Shown in pieces: positions 1 through 9,464 of a DNA stretch of 51,155 nucleotides. Position numbers and translations under genes: made by a program. Every line of letters starts with the position of its first letter. The first letter of the stretch is position 1. This DNA comes from Hydrurus foetidus (lineage: Eukaryota), in assembly GCA_900617105.1 (NCBI GenBank), contig UYFQ01000648.1:1-51155 (forward strand), read 5' to 3'. Below the pieces are notes generated by a model. That model searched no databases. It saw only the letters and a list, made by a program, of their open reading frames with translations, and was not told the DNA's origin.

Positions 1-57
1 TAAATTATGATGATATTGCAGATAATGCAGCATTCGTTTGGTGGCGACGATGACATC

Positions 58-180
58 TGAAATCCTCGGATCGTAACCTGGGAAACCGAGGCTCCAATTT
101 GAGGATTTCTCAAATCCTCGTGGTTTAGACCGGAGGATTTCTGAAAAGTCGACATTGTGAGGATTTTTTTCTTGTATGGG
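58..180. mobile_element. Probable right end of a foldback/MITE-like DNA element with AATCCTC/GAGGATT subterminal motifs
   Basis: Repeated AATCCTC and GAGGATT motifs. 158-178 (TGAGGATTTTTTTTCTTGTATG) is nearly the reverse complement of the left end of the 42204-42461 element (CATACAAAATAAAAAATCCTCA). Confidence 0.5.
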
Positions 181-250
181 ACGTATGTGAGCGCTTGACA
201 GTGTTTTCTGTTTTCAAGTCAGGTCGAATCTCTGGAATCGAAACAAGAAT

Positions 251-645
251 TGTTGGATATAGCATAGCTATCCCTACGGGGACAATCCCTTTGGGGGAAA
301 TCCCTTTGGGGTAATATCATTCAAGCCCAAGCGGAGGAGCGAGGGTAGCACTTTCGGACCCGAGAACCATCACTCATATGATGTACTGGAAGTTGCAACT
401 GATGATGACTGTGAACAGTCAACTGTAGCTAGTATAGCTAGTCATTAACTGCTTTGTTTTGACACACTGAGCACTTCTAATTAAAAGAGACTATATGGCT
501 GTGTGCCATTATACCTACACTAGAGCGAGCTGTTGGAGCAACTTTGGTCGACTAGCTGAAAGCAAAGTGTGTTCTAAACGAATCACTGCTATCAACCAGG
601 TGCTCTGACTGGATCTAGGATCCACAAGACAGTTTTATTCCAAGA
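251..645 (+). repeat. Copia 5' LTR (395 bp, TGTTGGA...TCCAAGA)
   Basis: Identical to 12596-12990 except one substitution (A at 422 versus T). Confidence 0.97.
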
Positions 646-660
646 TAATTAGAAGTCGCA
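646..660 (+). promoter_or_regulatory. Copia primer-binding site, non-canonical (TAATTAGAAGTCGCA)
   Basis: Lies immediately 3' of the 5' LTR and has no TGG. ATTAGAAGTC is complementary to the tRNA-Arg(UCU) anticodon arm GACTTCTAAT. 646-656 is also complementary to LTR 473-483. Confidence 0.75.
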
Positions 661-671
661 AGCTGCTCAGA

Positions 672-1740
672 ATGAGCCAGCGAGGCGAGAAGGGCGCTGC
701 CCAACCGAGATCCGAGAAGGGTGGAAAGTCCGAAAAATCCACGATCGGAGATGGCGTGAAGCCAGAGAATCTTCCTGAGATAGCCCACAATGGCTGGAAA
801 GAATGGGACGATAACATGCAGATATTGAAAGAGTACATGCGAGTCAACTTTCAAGACCTCGAGTCAATCTGTCCTGACCCCATGATGCTGGCGATAAAAC
901 CTGCATATGAGGTTTACGAATTCGCAGAACCCGACTATGCAAAACTCGAGGCTCTGGACGACACTACTGACCCAAAGGGATTTCGAGCAAAGCTAATGAT
1001 GGCAGACTTGAATAGTGAGAGAGCAGTCGTGACAAAGATGAAAAAGAAGCAAATGGAGGACCGCCGATCAGCATATCGACTGATCCGATCGATGTGTTCA
1101 CCATCGCTAAACGCGATTTTGATAGTGAATGCCAAATTCATTGCTGTCAAATTTGACGACCCACTTGGACTACTTGATGTCAATCAAGCCAGTAGTCACA
1201 TACACACTCACCATGAGTACGGGCGAAGAGATAACGTACGGACGGCGCGCAGTCAAGCTTTTCGACCGACTTGCTGCGACAGGAGTACCAACAGCACAAA
1301 TTCCAGATGCAAAACAACAAGCCATGAGGTTAATCGATGGTCTGAGTAGCACCATGCAGGTCTACCACGACTACAAAAACTACCTCAGCAACTTCCTCGA
1401 GTGCACCGCCATCGACATTTATCCGAAGACTTTGGTGGAGGCCATCAATGGAGCAACCCGATTCCATCGTGGGGGAAGGGTAGCACATTGCAATCAGCGA
1501 TAGCGACTCCCCACACGGCACTGGCGGCGAAGAATCCTGGTAAACAGGGTGGTCCCCCAAAGGGAGAAAAATCGCCTGCCAAAGACAAGGGCAAAAAGAT
1601 CGATGCTGACAAAATTAAGGAGCCGAAAGTGAAATTTGCTAAGGAAGCAAAGGAAGGTTAGTTCAGTGGAACCTGCTACTACTGCAAGAAAGTCGGTCAC
1701 CGCACTAGTGAGTGCAGAAAGAAGGCAACGGATGAGGCCG
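672..1740 (+). pseudogene. gag: Copia gag, frameshifted, with zinc knuckle
   Basis: ORF pieces 672-1349, 1129-1503 and 1401-1661. After an in-frame TAG at 1659-1661 the frame reads FSGTCYYCKKVGHRTSEC (CX2CX4HX4C). Confidence 0.88.
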
Positions 1741-1859
1741 ATTCAGCACCGAAAACTTCATACTCGGCCATAAGACACACCGACGAAGATGACACCAATG
1801 ATGAAGACAATGTATACACAGCTTTTGGCCAAATGTGGGATCAAGAAGTTAACGAGAAT

Positions 1860-3336
1860 CAGTAGTGCCTACCTCACCACCACCTCACCGGTGGAAGTCG
1901 CAACCCTCGGTCCTCGGACCGATTTTTCCGCAAACCAACACATCAACCAACGAAGTATCTCGGAGGCCATCTTCGACACAGGAGCTACTGGCACCATCAT
2001 TACATGTGCAGATGTTCTGACTGACATTGCAACATGCACTCCAACTGTATTCAAAGGCTTGCATGGTTCTCTTACTGTAACTAAAGCAGGAAACCTTCGA
2101 GACATTGGCATTGTTCATTTTGACCCGCGAGCTGAATTATCCATCATCTCGGCATCGGATTGCCTGTTGCAAGGCTTGGGAGTTTCGCCAAGGCTCTGCA
2201 ATAGATCAGAATGCATTTTTGCTCCACACTGATCACAACACCTACAAATTCTAACATCGTGGAGGGCTATACATCGCCGATTTGGCAACACCTCCGGAGC
2301 CGAGATATTCTGACGCCGCACAGCGCAGAAATGGATATGCTCATCCCACGATAGCAAAAACACCATCAGTAAACATATTTTACTCTACGACGCTTGCAAC
2401 AACGCAAGGAATCGAAGCCAAATTCACGAAACGCGAAGTTCAAAGAAGCGTCGATGCACGAAGAGGACGCATTATTAGGCTGAGGCCTATGCCACCACCA
2501 CAACTACCTACAACGGCCCGCAACATTGACGATCAACACATGCATTGTGATGTCATGTTCATAAATCAACACCCATTTCTAGTTTCGATTACTCACCCAC
2601 TGGGTATCGTTTTGGTGGCCTGCGTTGAGAACCTCACAACACCGGTGCTCCGACAGAGCATCTAGCGTATGTTCGGAACCATCGGGTCCCGACGCATATC
2701 CATCGTGAAATTCACAAGTGATAATGAGAGAGGCATCGCGGCACTAGTCAACGACATGAACGCCATGGGCGTCGAGGTCATTACCGTCGGTCCGGGGCAA
2801 CCTAAAGGAGACCATCCGTTGTACCATCTTCAGTCTACCGTACCTCCTACCAGATATACTGATGCCTCACCTTGTCATGAGCTCAGCAAGGAAGCTTCTA
2901 CTGTTTCCCTCATCAACAAGAACAGATAGGATCTCCCCCTTTGAAGCATTCTTTGGAAGGAAGGCCGACACGAAAAAAGATGTCGGACCGCCTTTCGGCT
3001 CATACTGCCAAGTCACCGCAAGGGTGCTTAGCAACAACATGGATCCACGAACCATCGGATGCCTCTACCTGGAACCAAAGATGAATGGCACAGGCACTCA
3101 TTCCTTCATGCGCATCGATACAAGGAGCATCATATCGGCCAACCACTACGTGGTACTACCGATACCTCCACTCGTCACCACCACTATAAATAGGTGGGCA
3201 TCAAAGAATAAAATCCACACATCGCAAGAACCGATATTCACTTTCCATGATAGAGACATCACTGGAGATAGCGACGATGATGTGGTAACAATGGATACAC
3301 TTTCAGAATCGGCACCCACGATCCAATTCCGACACC
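1860..3336 (+). pseudogene. pol: Copia pol 5' part: aspartic protease and integrase, disrupted
   Basis: AIFDTGATGTI protease motif. Integrase pieces MHCDVMFIN, FTSDNERG, SPFEAFFGRK, PFGSYC, PRTIGCLYL. Multiple frameshifts, a stop at 2663-2665 and apparent deletions. Confidence 0.9.
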
Positions 3337-3541
3337 TGTAGTCCGGATAGGAAAGTAGGTCGATAGAGTGGAGGTGTTAGTTAGTTACAGTCTAAGCTAG
3401 AAGCTAGGATAAACTTCTACGAGTAGGCTAGAGCTAGCTAGCAGCTGCGCTAGAGATGTATGTGTACAGTAGGCGGTAGGATCGGATGGATCGGGACTAG
3501 GTCCGGTACGGCCCGTAGGCCCGGTAGCCGGTCCGACCACA
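3337..3541 (-). repeat. Gypsy 3' LTR (205 bp)
   Basis: Matches 9254-9460 apart from a 2-bp indel (CCGGTAGCCG versus CCGGTATAGCCG). Adjacent to the PPT. Confidence 0.95.
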
Positions 3542-3908
3542 TCACCCCCACTTATCTTTTTTCTGAAGAAAAAGAACCTATGACGCGACCACCACGTTTT
3601 GTACAAAAATCTAATAAGGCTAAAACTAACTAAAGGAAGAATAAAGAAAAAGATTACAAATATGTAAATCTAATAATACATTGAAATGTATAAAAATATA
3701 AATTTATACAAATAGACTTGGTGGTGGGTCGGTCAAGGCGATAAGGTGGGTGCCTAGTACCATGTACTTGCGCACGAGACCTCGATACGTAATTATGTCA
3801 GATTTTTACTGACTAAAACCATAAAAACCTCATAGAGGGAAAAATTAGGAAAAATCTTCAAAAGATAATACGTTCGAGATCAGCAACTTAGGCTGATGTC
3901 TCAATGTT

Positions 3909-5420
3909 TCAGGGAATGAAATGTTTCATTTTATTATCCCGTAAATAATCATGGAGTGCTTCACAGAGCCGTAGTGATTTCCACGGCTCCCATGTATTAT
4001 GAGAGTCATCGTAGTTGAGCCATTTAACATGGAACGACATAGTAGTCGGTTTCTTGGTGTCACCAGCGTGACCCAGAACTTTCTCAACCACGAACTCCAT
4101 GTAATCGCGACGAGCAGTGTCAGCAGGTATATCTACCTCTGGGTCATAATTGAATAATTTCAAATTCTTGACGTGAACACTTCGTGTCTTGTGATTTACA
4201 AGATTAGCGAGAACGTACTCGGACCCCTTAAAGGAGACAATACAGTAAGGGCCATGCCACTTAGTATGTAATCGAGTTGGAGGTCGATCAGTGTATCGGC
4301 ATAAGACATATGACCCCACGGGGAACACAGTCGCTGATTCAACTGACGCGGCATTTTTAGCATCCGCTTTTAACAAAGTTTGAACCGCAGTTTCAAGTAC
4401 TTTGTCTTGTACACTTATCAAATCTGATATGTACGTTGATCTTGAATGTGTTCCAACACTTAAGTGTGGAGTGAGAATACCACGATTCAAATCAAGTTTG
4501 TTTCCGAACAATAAATGAGCGGGGCAGACACCTGTGCGTCTATTAACTGAACTGTTAATGATACGTTGCACGAAAGGGATTGACTTAGCATATCCCTCAA
4601 GGGTTTGTTTATCAAAAACTAAACCTCTTAAGTGTCTATTCACCTCTTTGTTGACTCTTTCAACAATTGCATTCTCTTGTTTCGAGTAAGCAAGGGTGAG
4701 ATTATGTGGTGTTCCACAAAGATCTAAGAATTCTTTGATCAATTCATTTGCGAAATGTGATCCTCGATCAGATCTAATCATATTTGGTGATCCAAATCGA
4801 CCAAAATGCGCAAGCAAACAGACAGCTGCTGATTTAGCATCTGCGTCTGCACACCAGAACAATTCTGTCCATCGTGTGAATGTATCGATGATGACTAGGA
4901 TATAACCTTTGTCAGGAAATGGACCAATATAGTCAACATTTAGCGTATCGAAGATAGCATAATTTGAAGTTGCAAAATGAGACGCATTGATCTTAGGATC
5001 TTTTGCTCTCAACTTTTGACAACACGGACAGTTCTGTATGAACGTACGTACATGTTGTTTCATGTGTTTCCATACTTGTTGTAAACTAAACAACCGAGTA
5101 AGGGTACGGTCTACGCCGTTGTGACCGACAATTGCATTGTGACACATTTGAATGTATTCTAACTGATCGTCTGAAGCTGGTTCTATGACCGTCAGAGCTG
5201 ATACAGTGAAAGACGGTGATGAAGTAGGAAGTAATTCCAATTCTTCTGTTCGTAATGGCAGAGCAATTTCTGTCAGATTAGGACAAAGCCTTGACAGTGC
5301 GTCTGCCAAAACATTCGAAGTACCGGGTACGAATACCACGGTAAAATCTAGTTCTTGCATAGCAATGAACCATCTCGCCACCATTGAGGTAAGATTTTGT
5401 TTCATATATGTAATGTTCAA
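3909..5420 (-). CDS. pol: Gypsy pol C-terminal part: end of RNase H, integrase (HHCC, DDE, GPY/F) and chromodomain
   Basis: H..GH..C..CQ zinc finger; VDYIGP, SDRGSHF and IVERVN catalytic motifs; WHGPY; chromodomain FVVEKVL..FHVKWLNYDDSHNTWEPW. Confidence 0.93.
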   Translation of the reverse strand: MNITYMKQNLTSMVARWFIAMQELDFTVVFVPGTSNVLADALSRLCPNLTEIALPLRTEELELLPTSSPSFTVSALTVIEPASDDQLEYIQMCHNAIVGHNGVDRTLTRLFSLQQVWKHMKQHVRTFIQNCPCCQKLRAKDPKINASHFATSNYAIFDTLNVDYIGPFPDKGYILVIIDTFTRWTELFWCADADAKSAAVCLLAHFGRFGSPNMIRSDRGSHFANELIKEFLDLCGTPHNLTLAYSKQENAIVERVNKEVNRHLRGLVFDKQTLEGYAKSIPFVQRIINSSVNRRTGVCPAHLLFGNKLDLNRGILTPHLSVGTHSRSTYISDLISVQDKVLETAVQTLLKADAKNAASVESATVFPVGSYVLCRYTDRPPTRLHTKWHGPYCIVSFKGSEYVLANLVNHKTRSVHVKNLKLFNYDPEVDIPADTARRDYMEFVVEKVLGHAGDTKKPTTMSFHVKWLNYDDSHNTWEPWKSLRLCEALHDYLRDNKMKHFIP

Positions 5421-6383
5421 CTGATCCGTATGGATAGTGAACGTACGATCTCTGATTAGATAATCGAGTTGTATACAACAATAGAAGATAGCGTAAGCCT
5501 CTTTTTGTGTCGTTGACCACTTTATTTGTGTGGGTCTTAACTATTTGCTTGTGAAAGCGATTGCGTGTCTAAAAGTGGTTGGTACTCTTTCGAGTCCATA
5601 AGACAGTGGAGCTCTTTAGAACAGAACGATCTGTCATATTTTACATTGGTTTCAAGTTGTAAAAAACTCTGCTTCACCCTTGCCAGATACAATACAATTG
5701 CCGAGATACATCTCACAACAATGATGTACAAGGCCATAGAGGACCGCCGTTACCATCTGCTCTCGAAAGTAAGAGGGGGCACGCCACGGACCAAAGGGCA
5801 GTTTCGTAAACTGAAATACCCCCGCAAAGCATATGAATGCCGTAAAAATGCGGTGTGCGGGGTGTAACGGTGCTTGATGGTAACCTGCGGTTAAATCCAT
5901 CACACCAAAAATATCCGGTTTTTTATTACCGATCCTCTCAAAGAGGTGTTTGATATTAGGCAACGGGAATGAGGCCGGCTTAAGACACCTATTAAGTGGC
6001 CGGTAATCGATGCAGGTTCGAAATTTACCGGGTGACTTAGTTACTATTACAGGATGACTGTAATAAGCGGCATCTGATCGCTCTATAACCCCTGATGCAA
6101 GCATCTCGTCAAGGTTTTCTTTGAGAGCAACCTCTTTTGTTGATGACTGGGGACGTACCGGCGTACGGTTTTCGTCTTTTTCCCACAACTCAAGTGGGAT
6201 GTTAATCTCAAAGGGTTTAAGTGACGCTGGTTTCTCAGCTAATTGATCACTGAAGATGTCTGAATATTCAGAACAGAGCTCTCGGAGCTTCCTTTGAAAG
6301 CTTTCATCTCCTTCAAAGGTAATCTCTTTGAGGAAATCCTCTGGCCCTTTGGGCAAGTCATCTTGACTAGGTTTCTCCGCCAA
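5421..6383 (-). pseudogene. pol: Gypsy reverse transcriptase (dead, internally deleted) and RNase H fragment
   Basis: RTCIDYRPLN, MDLTAGYHQ, FTKLPFG. The catalytic YxDD is mutated to YLGN and the ORF stops at 5652. An RNase H piece (KWSTTQKEAYAIFY..FTIHTD) follows almost directly, so the RT thumb/connection is missing. Confidence 0.9.
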
Positions 6384-6998
6384 GAAGGGGCAAACGTATC
6401 TATCTTGCCATCGTCAATCTCGTCAACTGAGAGTGCGACACCACTGGGCCATAAAGGCTCAGTGACATAGTCTAAGGTATCAGAGTCCTCAGAAGTGTTT
6501 GTAGGGGTGGGAATCTGGTCGCCACCTAGGTGCGGTGTATCACCCGTACGTTTTGCGAGAATAGTAGTGACACTATTCAGTCGCTCACAACCTACAACAC
6601 CACAGGGATCTTGGGTCATGACTCCCTCGATTTCCATCTGAGTATCGTTACATGTCGACATTGTATGGACACAAGAGACGTTGCTCTTCGAAGAAGATTG
6701 ACCATGCAATATGCTCTTCCTATTCGGATACTCGTACAATCCATATGTTTCTCTCTTATCAGAGGATGGTTTGCCGCCTGGATATTTCAGCTTGTCGTAA
6801 TGAGGTGTAAAAGACTCGACTACGGCTGTATCAGGTTCGGCACCCAACGCTATCATACGACGCGTATATTTGTGTTGAAACAATGGGTCGAGTTTATCCG
6901 ATGCGTATTTCTTATCGAATTCGCATGCGAGCATCACTCTTTCTCATATTCTCAGCGCTAAGCTCAGGAGAAATGCCGAAAGCAAATGGAGTTAACGT

Positions 6999-7600
6999 TT
7001 AAATGTCATACTTATTTACCGTATCACGGCTAAATAATATGCCAATTTCCGTCTTCCGAATAGGTACATGTGGCTGCACTTCGACATGATCATCAGTCAG
7101 ATTAAAGACATCATTATCGAAAGTGACAGCCACGCAGTCCTGGGCAAGGATGTACCTTGGTTTTGTCCCGGCTGAGTGTTGTCTCGGCTGAATAATATGT
7201 TGATATTCGTTTTTGAATAGGTACATGTGGCTGCACTTCGAGATGATCATCAGTCAGATTAAAGACATCATTATCGAAAGTGACAGCCACGCAGTCCTGG
7301 GCAAGGATGTACCTTGGTTTTGTCCCGGCTGAGTGTTGTCTCGGCAAATTAATCTGTCGATATACCCTTATGGGCAGGCTGATGCAATTGCATTCACCAT
7401 TGTAAGAATGAAAAGGATTGTAAAATCGCAAGTTTTATATTGATCGTCGCGACCGCTACACACCGTTATGGCCCTACGGGCAGGATAACAAAGGTGTATA
7501 ACGTTAAGAATTTTTATCATGTAAAATGAAATAAAACCCTTGATGAATTCGCTGTACCCCACACAGATTGATCAGCGGCGCTCTGATGGCTAGCCGGTGT
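6999..7600 (-). pseudogene. Degenerate Gypsy aspartic protease region
   Basis: Positioned upstream of RT. Remnants EFI..ITVCSG..D and IGILFSRDTVNKYD resemble the retropepsin ILGRD C-terminal motif. No intact DTG. Confidence 0.5.
7027..7345. repeat. Tandem duplication, period about 157 bp
   Basis: GAATAGGTACATGTGGCTGCACTTCG...GTGTTGTCTCGGC occurs at about 7058-7188 and 7215-7345. Confidence 0.92.
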
Positions 7601-8384
7601 TGTGTGCAGGCAAAAGGTTGATTGCACTTACGATCACTTTTTCAATCAATGCATAATATTGCATTGCAATAATTTTACTCAGCATAGAGCTGTGTGAGAA
7701 ACGTGATAGCGTGAACGAAAAGAGCGTTTCATACTAACGATCATTTGATTCATGTTGCAAAGCAACAGAACATTTCCAATGTGAGAAATATTACAATGAA
7801 AAAGTTTGGCTTAAAGCTGGAGGAACACTCCTTACTTTTTTTTTTTTTTTTTTTTGAAATGTTTGCAGTCTCAAAATCTTGTAAAGACTTTAAATCTGTT
7901 GTTAAATTATTACAACATGTGTGCCCACATATTGAAAACTAAAAAATAAAAATACGACATTTTCAAATGTACGAAAAGGTGACCCACCCCTACTGGGGCT
8001 CGAACCCCGAACTCAGGATGGTCAGTAATCCTTGGAGGATATTTTCTTTAATCGTCGATATCTCTCTACTGAGAGCGATTCGAGAGATTAGAAGCTTCAG
8101 ATCATGTTTATATGACTGTTAGGCATCTTTCTATAGGTCGTGACCTTTTCTGGGTCAAAACCTGATAAAAATCAGTCGAGAACGACGATGTCGTGCTAAG
8201 TCCATAACTCAGCAGGATGATCTCGAATTCAACCAGAACTCGGTGTAAACGATTCTATAGGATACTAGAGATCATTATCCGAAGGGACAATGATGTCCGC
8301 ATGCGAATTCTCTATGTATCTCTTGTCAAAAGATGAGCAGAAATCGTTTATTCGCTCGAGATATTTCTCCGAAGAAAAATGGCT

Positions 8385-9060
8385 GTATCTCTGTGAAGAG
8401 GTTAGCCCTGCTCAGGAAAATTTTTCCAGAGCTTCGCCTCGTTCACGAACGGGTACTGTAACGTCAGTAACAACGAATGGAGTGATTCTAACCAACTCTT
8501 GAACTGAAAAGTTCTATGGCGTGAAAGCCAAATTTAGAGTGGTAGAAAATGTATGGTACCTTAAAGGTAGAAGACGTTGCTCTACGTCGACGAAAAGAAG
8601 TCTATAGACTAACTTTGTGTCTCTGGTGATGAATCTGTGATTCAATCTACCAGCGGAACAAGTCTTAGATGACTTCTGGGAAGGATAAATCAACTTCGAC
8701 CAAGAATGTCAAGTTTTTGGAAGGTATCTCTGTGAAGAGGTTAGCCCTGCTCAGGAAAATTTTTCCAGAGCTTCGCCTCGTTCACGAACGGGTACTGTAA
8801 CGTCAGTAACAACGAATAAAGAGATTCTAACCAACTCTTGAACTGAAAAGTTCTATGGCGTGAAAGCCAAATTTAGAGTGGTAGAAAATATGGGGTACCT
8901 TTAAGGTAGAAGACGTTGCTCAACGTCGACGAAAAGAAGTCTATAGACTAACTTTGTGTCTCTGGTGACGAATCTGCGATTCAGTCGACCAGCGGAGCAA
9001 GTCTTAATGACTTCTGGGAAGGATAAATCAACTTCTACCAAGAATGTCAAGTTTTGGAAG
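8385..9060. repeat. Tandem duplication, period about 339 bp, in the Gypsy 5' internal region
   Basis: GTATCTCTGTGAAGAGGTTAGCCC...GTTTTGGAAG at 8385-8723 and 8724-9060, with scattered differences. Confidence 0.93.
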
Positions 9061-9243
9061 AGCCCAAGCACGGGGATTCCAAGAAAGCAGGTACTCTGAC
9101 TTTCTCTAACTTAGACTAGGTCTTCTGAGCCAATGGCTGCAGAAGAAAGCGACTCGGAAGTCGTAGAGCTGGTGCTCGGAAGTCTTATCTACAGGTTGGG
9201 ACGAGTAGATGGAAGGAGAGGTAGCAGAGAAAAGATTGGACTA

Positions 9244-9253
9244 ATAGCGCTAT
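9244..9253 (-). promoter_or_regulatory. Palindromic motif ATAGCGCTAT at the Gypsy PBS position
   Basis: Directly follows the 5' LTR end on the minus strand. The same motif follows LTR ends at 11303-11312 and 11665-11674. Confidence 0.75.
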
Positions 9254-9460
9254 TGTAGTCCGGATAGGAAAGTAGGTCGATAGAGTGGAGGTGTTAGTTA
9301 GTTACAGTCTAAGCTAGAAGCTAGGATAAACTTCTACGAGTAGGCTAGAGCTAGCTAGCAGCTGCGCTAGAGATGTATGTGTACAGTAGGCGGTAGGATC
9401 GGATGGATCGGGACTAGGTCCGGTACGGCCCGTAGGCCCGGTATAGCCGGTCCGACCACA
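9254..9460 (-). repeat. Gypsy 5' LTR (207 bp)
   Basis: Near-identical to 3337-3541. Confidence 0.95.
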
Positions 9461-9464
9461 CACC

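Larger units (their letters stand above)
3337..9460 (-). mobile_element. Ty3/Gypsy chromovirus-type LTR retrotransposon, defective, nested antisense in Copia pol
   Basis: LTRs at 3337-3541 and 9254-9460 (TG...CA). 4-bp TSD CACC at 3333-3336 and 9461-9464. Removing the insert restores the Copia frame (IQFRH-PPPIQPVFRD). RT-RH-IN-chromodomain order on the minus strand. PPT GATAAGTGGGGGTGA (minus) at 3542-3556. Confidence 0.96.

Noticed and set aside
399..425. Hammerhead-ribozyme-like CTGATGA followed by the stem TGACTG-TGAA-CAGTCA in the Copia LTR (retrozyme idea)
   Set aside because: The required GAAA after stem II is absent (ACTG or TCTG follows) and no stems I/III are evident.
1659..1661. 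In-frame TAG in Copia gag as a programmed readthrough site
   Set aside because: It lies before the zinc knuckle rather than at the gag-pol boundary, and the element has many other lesions, so a nonsense mutation is simpler.
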